Shown: piece after piece, positions 45,101 to 57,800 of the stretch
How positions within the stretch are numbered: position 1 is the first letter of the stretch
Layout of the letters: every line of letters starts with the position of its first letter
Assembly (NCBI GenBank): GCA_010909165.1
Contig: VJWM01000144.1
Coordinates: forward strand, 554,965 to 618,964
DNA: 64,000 nucleotides
Direction of reading: 5' to 3'
From: Anthoceros angustus
Taxonomy: Eukaryota > Plantae > Anthocerotophyta
The notes under the pieces: model-generated
Told to the model about the DNA's origin: nothing
Seen by the model: the letters and a program-made list of their open reading frames with translations, nothing else
Databases searched by the model: none
Position numbers and translations under genes: made by a program

Positions 45101-48030
45101 TCGGACCAGCACCCGCCTCTCTCAGAGCCCTCTCTCCACCATCCATCCTTGCCCGGAGGGCCACCATCTCCTTCCCAGCGGTCCGATTGCCCTACTGGCT
45201 TCCTCGGATCCTTCTCCAACTCGGCGATGTCCATCTCTTTAGTTCGCCGTCGACTCTCCTCCCCCCTCCAACAGAGCTAGAGTCGCTCGATCTCCTGCTC
45301 GTGGTCCATATATTCTCCCTTGGAGAATTCCATGTCGTTCCACCGTGTCCTGGAGCTGCAGCTCCTGGATCTCCTTGCGATCCTCCAGCTCCTGGCGCCG
45401 CTCCTCCGCTCCTTGCAACTGGGCCCAGAGATCCTCCATCTCCCGGGTGCTGTCCTCCCTTTCTTCTTCACGGCTGCGTGCCCTTTCTGCCTTGCTTTCG
45501 GCTTCGGGTTGGCCGGCTGCACGTTCCCTCCACGGTTTGTCCAGCCCGGTAGTGGTTGTCCGTCTTTTCTGCGGCACTTCGCACCCCTTCACCCAGCTTC
45601 CAGCTTGGTGTTGCTCCGTCATGTTGCTTCCGCCTCTTCTTGGGGTGCCTCATCCGATACGCAGGTCTTCCGCCTTTGCCCGTGCCTCTGCGCTTGCTTG
45701 TTGTTCACTGGTGAGGATCTGTCCGATCTGTTAGGCGGACCTCCGCCTGCGCTTCTCCTCCTCGATTCTTGCGGTCTTGACCTTCCTCTTGGCGCTTGGC
45801 GCCTCCTAACCACAGGTTCCACCATCCGCCTCCGGCCTCCACTTCACAGGTCTTCTCTGGTTCGCGAGACCCCAGGCTGGCATCCATAAGCGGCGCGAAT
45901 ACCACGCCCGAAGTTTCCTCTCTGGCAGTGGAAATCCCCATGAAGTCCGTCGCGGCCTCGGGTACCGCCCGGTCCATGGGACACGCCACCGTCGGCGCGG
46001 GACTAGGGACTCAGACCCCAGGACTCGGTCACAGGTGTTACAGTCTCTCACCTCCTTGGCCCTCTTGGTTCTCCTTCTCCGCGCCTCCTCTTGGGGCTCG
46101 GAGGTGGTGAGGGGGTCCTGGAGCTGGCCCTCTTACATCTCCCGGTTGGGGCAGGGGGCCAGGCTCGGGGTGGGGTTCTTGCCGGTGTCCTCCTCACTTG
46201 CAAGCGGATCCTCTCTGCTCTTCTTATGGCCTCCTCCGCTTCACGCCCATAATCCAGGGGTAAGAGGCAGGTGCAGTCTGAACGCTGCGTTGGTGGGGGC
46301 CGTCTTCCTTCTCTTTGCTTCCCGCCTAGTCCGTGAGTTGGTAACTAGGTCGTTGTGGGCTAGTGGTTTGTCAAGGCGTCATGCGCCAGCCTCCCTTCTG
46401 TGACCGCCTCCTCCTGCGTAGGGTGCTCCGGTGAAGGGACTAAAAGAAGGGAAGCAGGGATGTCCTCCCACACTTCCCGGGGTGGCGAGGGGGTCCGTTC
46501 CAGACGTATGGAGTCCGGAATCCCCTCCCACTCGTCCTCCTCCCGGACTCGCTTGGCCTGGGTGACCTTGCCTCCTGTGCCCCTCCCGCGCCGCCTCGGG
46601 GCACCGCTACCTGAGGAGCGCTCTTCCTTACCTCCCTCGGAGGTTCGGTGTGACATGGATAATGAGCAGCGACAACGGACGGGTAACTTCTCACTCCTCG
46701 CTTCGCCTCTGTTGATCTTGGCAAAGATGATTCTTCCCCAGTCGGCCCGTTTCCCTCTCTGTAGGGCGTGGAGGAACACCAGCAAGTTGTTACCAAGGTG
46801 GTCCACCTTGGTGAGCATGTTCCAGTGGACGATGATTTTCGCCACCGCCGCACCTCGTCGATGCGTCAGGAAAGCCAGCCATCCGTTGGAGGATCGCTGT
46901 GTTCGTGGCCTCAGGAGAGCCGCCCTTGCTGCGTCCACCTTCCCCTTTACCTTAAGGGGCTCCGGGACCACGCCTCCTACTTCCTCCGCTGGGCGGTTGT
47001 AAACCGCCCTCAGGATTTCCACCGTCCACCTCCTGGGGTCCTCCCTCAGGTTCTTGGAGCGGACCTCCTTGTTGGCCACCGCCAACATCTTCCCGGAGAT
47101 TCTCGGACTAGGCAACGCGTGAAAGTCCGGCACTGAAAATATCCAGTGCGCCTTCCACGCCTCCTCCGCCTCCGCCAACCAAGGTCCAACTGGGTAGCGC
47201 TTGGTGACGATGTTCCGTTCCACCAAGCGCCAAGGCTCCCACACCTCCGCCGCCTTCTTGGGCCCCATTGCTGTGCTCCTCTTGATCTGCTGTTGGGGGT
47301 TGAGGCTCAGCGATTCTCCTTCCTCCTGTCGCTATGTTGATCGCTCCGGCCGCGAAGATGAGCCGCTAGTAAGGGCGCTCGGGCGCTTGAAGAGACAACG
47401 CCAGAGAGCAGGGTGTTTGAGCGCAACAGACCGCGAAAACCGTCGCGAGGCCGCTTGGAAGAATCACCTTCGCCGGAGCTGGCCGAGTAAATCAAATGCG
47501 GAGAGCGTCCCTTCACGCCAGAATCGCCGAGGCTCCGCATGGCTTACTCTAGCCTTACGCCGCTGCCACGATCACAGACTACTCTTACCAGCCACGCCAA
47601 CGCGCAGATTTAGCCTTCTACCGGCACTGTACTCGGGCGTGAATACAACGCCATCAACCCTACCCTCGTCCGTCAGACATTCGTCCACCTCTCAAAGACC
47701 GGGCCCACGTGGCCCTCCTGCCAAAATACGATCCCCACTCCAAAGTTACTTTCCCTGGCGTACTTATCACGACTTACTCGAGTGCGGCGGACTCACCCAT
47801 GACCGCCGGTGCGGTCCGCGGATACTCGGCCCGGAGTGGGTCCGGGTCCCTGCCTACTCGGAGTGAGGTCGAGTCATCTCCAACCCGAGCGAGGTCCAAA
47901 GTTAGCCCATCCGGTGAGGTCCGGAGTCATCTTATTACCCATCCTGGCCTTATTTCCTGTCTTATTTCTCACTCCACACCCAAAAAACAAAAAAAACTAG
48001 CCCTTTACCTTCCTACGAGGGATAGTCTAC
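42130..48030. mobile_element. Retroelement-like segment: LTR-like head (42130-~42710, related to 62950-63698) and GC-rich minus-strand accessory ORFs (46360-47268 plus a coiled-coil region); no pol seen
   Basis: Shares blocks with 62950-63698 (aagagaatgata, ggaccttgatcaatctc, cgttagcaag). ORF W-rich motifs resemble accessory ORFs of Ty3/Gypsy elements (inference). Confidence 0.45.
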
Positions 48031-48846
48031 GGTCCACAGCCATGCTGGCTAACAGCTCTGCTAACAGAAGATGTCTGCATATTCCAATACTCCCCCTCTA
48101 ATACGACATGTTAGCAGAATGGGCATCAATCCATATCAAAGTCTAGATCAAAGTCTTAAGTGCGACATCTAGGCTCTCGGTCTTCGCTTAATCATGACGT
48201 CAAATCTCCTTAAGTGGGTGGCTCCCCCTCAGGTCGATGGCCAGGATAAAGAGGTGCACATGGAATGAGCGGCCACTTCTGTGCAGTGAGGTGCTTGCTC
48301 CCATGCTATCACCTCCCAAGTGCCGACTACATAGGCCTCCGCCGAAGGAGGGCCGTGTGAAGGCTGGAATGGACAAGGTGGGGCCGGCGGACAACTTGGA
48401 AAGGGGGAGAAGTTAGTGATGTCATGGGGAGGAAGAGTAGAACCGAGAATAAAGAGCCTACCGGACGGAGGACAGGTGGCAATAAGGTGGTGATCGGACG
48501 GAGGATAGGTGGCAATAAGGTAGAGATCGAGGAATCGAAAAGGCTACACTGGTCCAGAGCAAATAAAAAAATGTAGCCGGACTCAAGAGCTTGACCAATA
48601 AATAGAATATTCCTGCTCAAGTGAGAAACGTAAAGCACGTGAGGGAAACCCGTTACCTCACCATTGGGTAGAACGATGGCCACTGTACCTGAGCCCTCGA
48701 TGGCACAATGGGAGTGGTCACTAAGATAAACGTAGCTTGTGACTGTGCTAGGTTGGAAGGAGAGGTACGAATCTCTGAGGCTCATCATGTGGTGGGTTGC
48801 ACTTGTATCCACAAACCAAATGCGCAAATTAGAGCATCTGAGAAAC

Positions 48847-51800
48847 TGTTGGATAATATTAGTTAAGCTACATTGAATATACCTAGGGCACTCTTTGGTA
48901 AACCCTAAAAGCTAGTTAGTTATTACAACCGTTTTCACGGGACATGGATATATGTTCCTTGTACCCCTTTTTTGTTTTAAGACGATTGCTCTCAGTGCTG
49001 TGCGTGTTTCTGATTCTGCTGTGAACCTATAAACGGAACATGGTATCAGAACCCTGTGGCTCGATTGTTTGATCTCTGCCATGAATCGGCAGTTTTCTCT
49101 CCAGCCCATCTAGTAATTACAATGGCAGTTTGCCATAACCCTAGTGACTAGATAAAAATGCCTCGCAGGCAGGTCTACAGGCAACCCTGGACAGAGTTTG
49201 AGAAAGGGAAGTCACATCAAAACACAGAGCCTGATTTTGAGAAACTTTACTATAAGAAAGCAGCATCTGCTGCTGACATAGAGGAGAGAGCTCGGTTTCT
49301 TGGCGCGTCTCTTTATTCTCGAACATCCAAGCGGCGATCATCTAATTCACGAACAACGATTATTTAAATCACGGGCTAGTACTTCACATCAGCAAAAGCC
49401 CAGACGTCCAGAGGCTTTCACACAACATCAGGCAATTCAATTTTGAACATTAAAAGCACAGTCTTGGAATATACATCAAGAATTGATACTCGAGATCGAG
49501 ACAAGAGCGATTAGAAGTTGCGTGCGACATCTAGGCTCCTGGTCTCGCTTAATCATGACGTCAAATCTCCTTAAGTGGGTGGCTCTCGTGCCTATGGATA
49601 AAGAGGTGCACATGGACGGCGAGCCGCGGCCACTTCACAGGCGGAGGTGCTTGCTCCCATGCTATCACCTCCCAAGTGCCGACTACATAGGCCTCCGCCG
49701 AAGGAGGGCCGTGTGAAGGCTGGAATGGACAAGGTGGGGCCGGCGGACAACTTGGAAAGGGGGAGAAGTTAGTGATGTCATGGGGAGGAAGAGTAGAACC
49801 GAGAATAAAGAGCCTACCGGACGGAGGACAGGTGGCAATAAGGTGGTGATCGGACGGAGGATAGGTGGCAATAAGGTAGAGATCGAGGAATCGAAAAGGC
49901 TACACCGTCGAGCAAATAAAAATGTAGCGGACTCAAGAGCTTGACCAATAAATAGAATATTCCTGCTCATGAGAAACGTAAAGCACGTGAGGAAACCCGT
50001 TACCTCACCATTGGGTAGAACGATACACTGCATCAGGCCTCGATGGCACAATGGGAGTGGTCACTAAGATAAACGTAGCCAGACTGGTAGGTTGGAAGGA
50101 GAGTCGAATCCGAGGCTCATCATGTGGTGGGTTGCACTTGTATCCACAAACCAAATCGCAAATTAGAGCATCCGAGAACTGGATAATATTAGTTAAGCTA
50201 CATTGAATATACCTAGGCACTCTTTGGTAAACCCTAAAAGCTAGTTAGTTATTACAACTGCTTTCACACATGGATATATGTTCCTTGTACCTTTTTTGTT
50301 TTAAGACGATTGCTCTCGGTCATATGGTTTTGATTCTGTGAACCTATAAGCGGAACATGGTATCGTAACCTGTGGCTCGATTGTTTGATCTGCCATGAAT
50401 CGCGCTTTCTCCAGCCCATCTAGTAATTACAATGGTTTGCCATAACCCTAGTGACTAGATAAAAATGCCTCGCAGTGTCACAGTGCAACCCCCGACAGTA
50501 GTTTGAGAAAGTCAAGTCACATCAAAACACAGAGCCTGATTTTGAGAAACTTTACTATAAGAAAGCAGCATCTGCTGCTGACATAGAGGAGAGAGCTCGG
50601 TTTCTTGGCGCGTCTCTTTATTCTCAGACATCTGCAGCAAACAACCGATCATCTAATTCAGATCCTGAACAACAGTTATTTAAATCACGGGCTAGTACTT
50701 CACATCAGCAAAAGCCCAGACGTCCAGAGGCTTTCACACAACATCAGGCAATTCAATTTTGAACATTAAAAGCACAGTCTTGGAATATACATCAAGAATT
50801 GATACCGTCCAGATCAGACAAGAGCAGTTAGAGAAGCTGCGTATTTCTGACCTGATGACTATGGCGAAGCAGGAGAGTGACATTGCCAGTCTCAAGGAAC
50901 AGCTGGCTCGATTGTCAACACCTAATTGATCTGGCTTTTTAACTCGCAGGCATCATGTCAGGCTCTACTAATCCTGACATAGGGTCAGATAGGTTGCAAG
51001 AGAAGGACCGTCTGAATCCAAATAACTTTGATGCTTGGAGTTTCAGGGTGCGCATCCTAGAGGAAAAGCTTCTTATGGAAGTCGTTGATGGGTCTGTACC
51101 GAAGAGGGTGACAGGCCAGCCATCTGGAACACATACACCAAACGGGGTGAATTATGTACCTTGGACAATGAAAGATGAGCTAGAATGGAAGTATAAGGAT
51201 GGAAGGCACGCACTACCATTCCTGGTTGCCTCTCTATGAAATGATACCTCATATAAGATTGACGCAGTCCTCAAACGAGGTCTGGTCATTGCAATTTGAA
51301 ACCTATGACTCAAAGGATATGGTAGCCGAGGAAGCTGCAACCCTGCAATCTAGGGCAGCAGTTCAACTGTTGCTCTCTCTTCCATCTAGCTATGAACACT
51401 TTAGCTCTAGCTTGCAGACATCAGCTGTAGTCATACCTGCCACAGCCACTACCCCTGCCTCATCAAACCTAACTGTCCAGAAAGTTGTAGGAGCGAGTCT
51501 TCAGCCATCCTTGCTCTGGACACTGTCAGATACTTGAAGTCAGTACGTGTGAGCAGCAGACCACACCACACCAAGAGTGGGAAAACAAGTAAGGCAGACT
51601 GCTCACCATAATAAGAGATAAAATTTCCGTCATGTCCTCCCCATCTCCACCAGTTCTTGATGAAATATGACCTATTTAGGGCACTCTTCACTAGGGCACA
51701 TAAGACTATTAATTAATTTAGTTCTTAGGGCTTTAGGTAGTTTATTTAGTAGTTAGTTGTTACAACCACCTAGAGGTTAGAACTACTTATGGTTACAACC

Positions 51801-54800
51801 ACCTTATGGTTATAACCACCTAGCCTATATAAAGGCTTTGTACTTTCTATTATAATCAATGCATACAACTCTTTTGTGCAAAGCTTTCTACTATCTGCTA
51901 TGTTTTGCTTTTTAAAGCATGATTCTCATCATGGTATCGAGCATTCTGCTCTCTATTTGCATTGGACAACTTGACATGCTGATCTACTCTTCTTCTTCAT
52001 CTTCTTCTTCATTTCTTTTTAGAAGATGTATAGATTCTTTAGATTGCATGTCATAGATTCTTTGTCATGTTTTGCTTCCTTAATCTTCAATAATGCACAC
52101 ATTGCATCCAATCCTTGCTTCAATGCGATGGACCCTTCAATCCTCGCAAGCAAGGCTATTGGAAGAAGATTAAGGCTGCAAGACAAGAGATAGAATATAG
52201 GAATGCAAAGATTAGAATTGCTAGGAAGTCTAGTAAGATAGTAGGAGATTCCATACTTATTGCTAACTTCATTGGCTCTATTCTAATCAAAGTAGAAGAT
52301 CAAGGGAGGCATAGAAATTGCTAGAAGAAACTTGCTTACTATCTTTAGTTTAAGTCAAGTGAAAGCAATTGAACTCGCTCTTGATCATATCCCAAATCTA
52401 CAAGCGGGTCCTCTTCCTCTCTCCAATGCGGGTTTACAACAACAAGCAAGAAACTTCGATTCGATAAAGACTCTCGCCAGAGAACCACGCCATCAACACA
52501 CCCTCGCGAACAAGCATAGAGGAGTTAGCAAGAGAAGTGCGTGATCTCAATAAGCGCCTCCTTGAGCATCTTGATCCAAACATCTTCTTCTTCATCACAA
52601 ACTTTCCCTTGCTTGTCATCCCGACAAACACGCCTGAAAAGGTTTCTTCTTGTTTTGCTCCTTGCATGATTTTCATGATGATGAGGAAATGCGAAGGCGC
52701 GCCTGACTCTCTAAGCATAGTGACCACCGCAATGGCTGGTTCCGGCGTGACGACGATCGAGAGAGAGAGAGAGAGGAAGGATCCACCCAAAGATGAAGTA
52801 CGACCTTCCGTGGTGAATCACAACTATGGTGATTTTAAGGAAAAGGAGATTCAATGGGCGGGCGTGGCGTTTGGCGCGATCGTGCACTTTTCCGCAATCG
52901 AGACCTATGGGACGTTGTAAGTGGGTCCACACCAAACCAATGGGGCTCAGAGCAAAGAAACAGGGCCGAGGATGAAAAAGCTCAAGACCTCGATCGTGGA
53001 CTAGCCCTTAATATGGTAAGACAATGCGTCAAGCAAAACTTCTAAGCAGATGTGGGATCACCTTGCTCATTATATTCTTCAAGAGATGTGATGAGTATGA
53101 TGACCGCGATGCAACTTCTTCAATCAAGATGAAGGAATCGACTCGTCGAACACCATATCAACACTTTCCAAAGCTAGATCTCAATATGAAGCGCCACCAA
53201 CACCTCCCTCCGAACTTGTTGCATTCCTTGTTCTCTTGATTTCCCTCCCACCCTCCTCTGGACCATTTCTCACCACCCGTAGTGGTTGACAAGCCCAAAA
53301 GAATTGGGCGGCTTGATGCGCACGACCTCGACATCAGTGTCGAACTCATCGGAGCCATGATTCAGGAGGAGTCCAGTCGACGCCATGAGCCCAAGTCCAG
53401 CCGACAGCAGGTGATGTATGCTGGAAGAGGCAGAGGAAGAGGACGCGGCAAAAGTTCTCCTTCCAATAGACCTGCTTATTCCACACCAAACAAATCTCAT
53501 GGCGAATCCAGCTCTTCCACACCTTCCAGGGGTAACAAAAAGAGTGGAATTATTTGTAATTGGTGCAGAATTCCTAATCACATGGAAAAGGACTGTAGAA
53601 AGAAGAAGAATGGGAACCTAGATCGAGGCCCTGCCGCTCATGTTGCTTCAAGAAACACTCTTCATCAACAACACGTGTGCTCACTATTTGCCTTGCATCC
53701 TCTAAGCCGCCACCGCTTATTGGTACAGACGGTGGAGCAACATCACATATCTGCTACAACAAAGACTCCTTTGAGTCATACACCCCACGGGACATCCATT
53801 TGTTCTCACGGGCGATGATCACACCCTTCCCATAGCGGGCCTAGGTTCTATTGTACTCAGATGTGATTCAGGTCGACTCTTCATCTTCACCAAGTCCTCC
53901 ATGTTCCTGCCATGTGCAAAAACCTAGTGTCAGCCGCTAGTCTTTGCAAAGAACACAACATGTGTCCTTTTATATGCCGATAGTTGTTCCTTTCCTACCT
54001 CACGAATAGAACACACGAAATATCTGGCATCTTAGAAGATGGACTCTATAGATTGTCAAAGTAGGAGCACACATTCGTCAATGTAGCCTCCCAACATTCT
54101 CACAACCAACACACACGATGCTCGGCATTGTAGATTAGGTCATCCTAATAGTCGGTTACTCCAAATGTCTAGAGACAACTGTAGAACACCTGTCTCTCCA
54201 AGGTTCACAACTTAGATTGGTGCGAAACTGTCCTCATCACACACAAAACCTTTCAAAATCCATCTCCTCAAAGGGCCAAGTCACCTTTGTAGATGACATT
54301 TTATCTTAGTGGTAGTAGACTTTACCGACGACTATTCCGTTTCGCCTCTCCTACATCCTCACACAAAAGAGTGAAACTTATCGGTTTTCAAGGATTACAT
54401 GGCATGGGCGTAAAGGCTTACGATCACAAACTCAAGACCTTACGTTCCGACAACGGTGGAGAGTTTACATCTCATAGATTTGCTGAATTTTGTCGAGTGA
54501 AGGCGTAGCTCAACAATTAAGTGTAGTATACACTCCTCGGCAAAATGGCGCGAAAATAAGAATCTCCGCCTCCAAGAGATTACAGTTGCTGTTAACACAA
54601 GCTAACTTATCCAAAGCTTATTGGGTGAGGCCCTCCTTACAACAACCTATCTCATGAATCGCCGACTTCCTCGGTTCAAGGTATGACTCCATATGAAGCA
54701 TTCACGGCAACAAGCCTTCCATAGATCACCTTCAATTTTTGGCTCTCCGCATATGTCTTTATCCCTAAAGTACAACGCAAGTTAGATCCAAAAGCTGCCA

Positions 54801-57800
54801 AATATCTATTTATTGGCTACAAGGCATCAAAGGTTACAAGCTATTTGAACCCACCACGGAAGCTTATATATGCCGAGTGTTACTTTTCATGAGTCTTACC
54901 TCTTTTCCCCAGCGTGGGGCTGGTACATCCGGCCACGAGGGGCGTCTCTTAAGAGCCCTCGATACCTCCTCATTTGATGATACGATTATATCACTCAATT
55001 TCCAGTTCGCTCTCGTGTTCCGTAGTTGAACCTCTTGCGGGAGGAGGAGGAGTTAGCATCTATTCCACATGAAACACCACGGATGGCGACAACATTCAAG
55101 TCGAGGAGCCGAGACACTCTTATGAAGAGCATGATGACCCTCCTGAATGACATGGAGCACCATGATCCTATTGATGTTCTGCTCCATGGAAGATGCACGG
55201 AACCTACACAAAGGTACAACTTAAGAACCCGTCTGCAATCCGGACCCGCGGGAAGGAACCTCCTTTAGGATATCTAGCTGTTTTGATGATCCTCTTTCTG
55301 TCACTTTACTCACAAGTATACAAGGCAACCATAGATCCGGAAGAACCTCTTACCTTAAAACAAGCTTTCTCTTCTCACGAAAAGCCTTATGGAAGGTAGT
55401 CAGATTCGAATATAACTCTCTCATTAGTAACTCTACATGGGAATTGGTTAAGCCACCTAAGGGTAGGAAGATAGTCACCAGCAAATGGGTATTCAAAATT
55501 AAGAGAAAAGGAGATGGTTCCATTGAGAGATACAAAGCACGCCTTGTGGCGGATTCACCCGATCGGGTTTAGATTACCTCCCATGGGCCACATTCGCTCA
55601 GATAGCAAAGTTTGCTTCCCTTAGAATAATCTTCGCCATGACCCATCATGATCTTGAGCTCCATATGATGGATGTGAAGACAACATATCTCTATGGCTCT
55701 TCAAGAAGAAATCTACATGAAACAGCCCAAGGTTATGAGGTTAAAGGCAAGGAAGATTGGGTATGTGACTAATTAAAGGCTTGTATGGCCTTAAGCAATG
55801 GTAAAATTGGAATATGGACATACATGTGAAACTCATCAAAGAGGCTTCCGCAAAGTGATGCCGATGCATGCATGTATATCCTAATATCGAGCAATGATAC
55901 CTTTTACTTATTGCTCTCGTCGACGACGTATTCATGGCCACAAACTCTCTTACTCTCCTAGCCGAGATCAAAAGTCGGCTCAAGACTTTTATGAAATGTC
56001 GATTTAGGAGAAATGACATATGCACTTGGTGTCAACATTATTAGAGATCGAGCAAACAAGACTCGAGTATTGTTCAAACCAAGTACATTAAAGAAAGTTT
56101 AACCAAGTTTGGACTTGAAGATGCGAAACGCCCTACACCTTTGCTAGCGTCGCTTACCATGGATATGAGTCCAAAGACACAAGACAAGTTGGAAATGTCG
56201 GCATATCGACATCTTGTTGGCACACTTATATATTTATCCAACTTCACTCGACGGATATATCTTTCAAGTCGCTCCTGCTCACAATTCGAGAACCACGGGC
56301 GTGAACACGGATGTCAACTAAGCGCATATTCGAGATACCTCAAGGGTACCATGCACACGGATTGACATTCAAGTATACACCGAGCATAAAGACGTTGACA
56401 TTAACGACCGCGGCGCCGACTATCTTTGGTGACCCCACGCATCCGTATCAGTTACGTCGCTATTGGGGAGCACCAATATCTGGTCAAGTAAGAAACAACC
56501 AACCATAGCCTTGTCCAGAGTCGAGTATAGAGTACTAACCTCGGTTGCTAAAGACATAGTATGGACTAGGCTAACCTTGAGTGAACTTCATCACAAGCGG
56601 GAAAAGCCCACCTTGTTGTTGAGTGATAGTCGGGAGCTATAGCCTTGTCAAGGAACCCCTCTTCCACTCTAGAACTAAACATATTGTCGAATATCATTAC
56701 ATCGGAGAGAAAATAGAGGATAAAACTATAGATATTAGTTATGTTCAAACTTTAGATAACTGATTTATTAACAAAGTCACTAGGCATTGAACAGAAACAC
56801 ATGAAATGTTTAGGTATATTGGACACATTGTCTAAGCCTCCACTATAGTTCATCCTAGCGGCTAAATTGGTCTACTTGAGATAACCTTAGTACTAGTCCA
56901 ATATTCTATTCTAAGTCTTGAACAATCATCCTCAATCTTAACATAGGCCTTGTAGCTCATCCTCTCCTTCATACATAGTTGAGGAGCTCTCTAGAAAATA
57001 ATATTAAAATATTAAATAATATTTTGCTAATTAAAACTTTTCATATTTTCTTAACCTCAAGAATACTCACGATAGACATGGATCATATGTGGAAATTCTT
57101 CACAGCATACATAACCCTTATCATGTGTATCTTAGTTTCACAAACATAGGAGCATGGTGTACGTCGGCCCTCTCCCTTTCATATTAGTGATTATATAGAT
57201 GAGCTTCACATCATCACCCTTGGGATATATGCGGGTTTCCGAACCCTATGTTTCCTATTCTATGTCTTCTTGGGGCGAAAAGAAACCTAAAAATGGGCAA
57301 GTTTTAGCAAGAGAAAATAAGTTAGAACACCTTTTTAGAGTCACAAAAGCATGTCTACCTTTTCATTTTTCTCATTTTCTTCATTTTCCATTTCATTTTC
57401 CTTTTTCCCATAATTTTCCATACATAAATCTGCGAAAATAGTATCAGAAAATTCATCACAATTAATATTTTGAACTGGAAAATGGTCATTTGAAGATGCC
57501 ACAAAAGCGGGCTTACAAGGTGCCTCTCCTCATGACGGGGCATCCATCTGCTCAAGGTGCCTCCCTTCACGACAGGGGAATGCCTTATACCAACTGTCTT
57601 GAGATTTCAGCCTCCTCGTCATCAGCGAGGAAGCCCTTCCATGAAGATTCTTCCAAGGCTTGTCGATAAGAGAACAATCTGCGATTTCTTCTCACAACTT
57701 TAGATAACGCATTGATTTATTAACAAAGTCACTAGGCATTGAATGGAGAAACATATGAAATGTTTAGGTATATGCCTAAGCCCACCTATAGTTCATCCTA

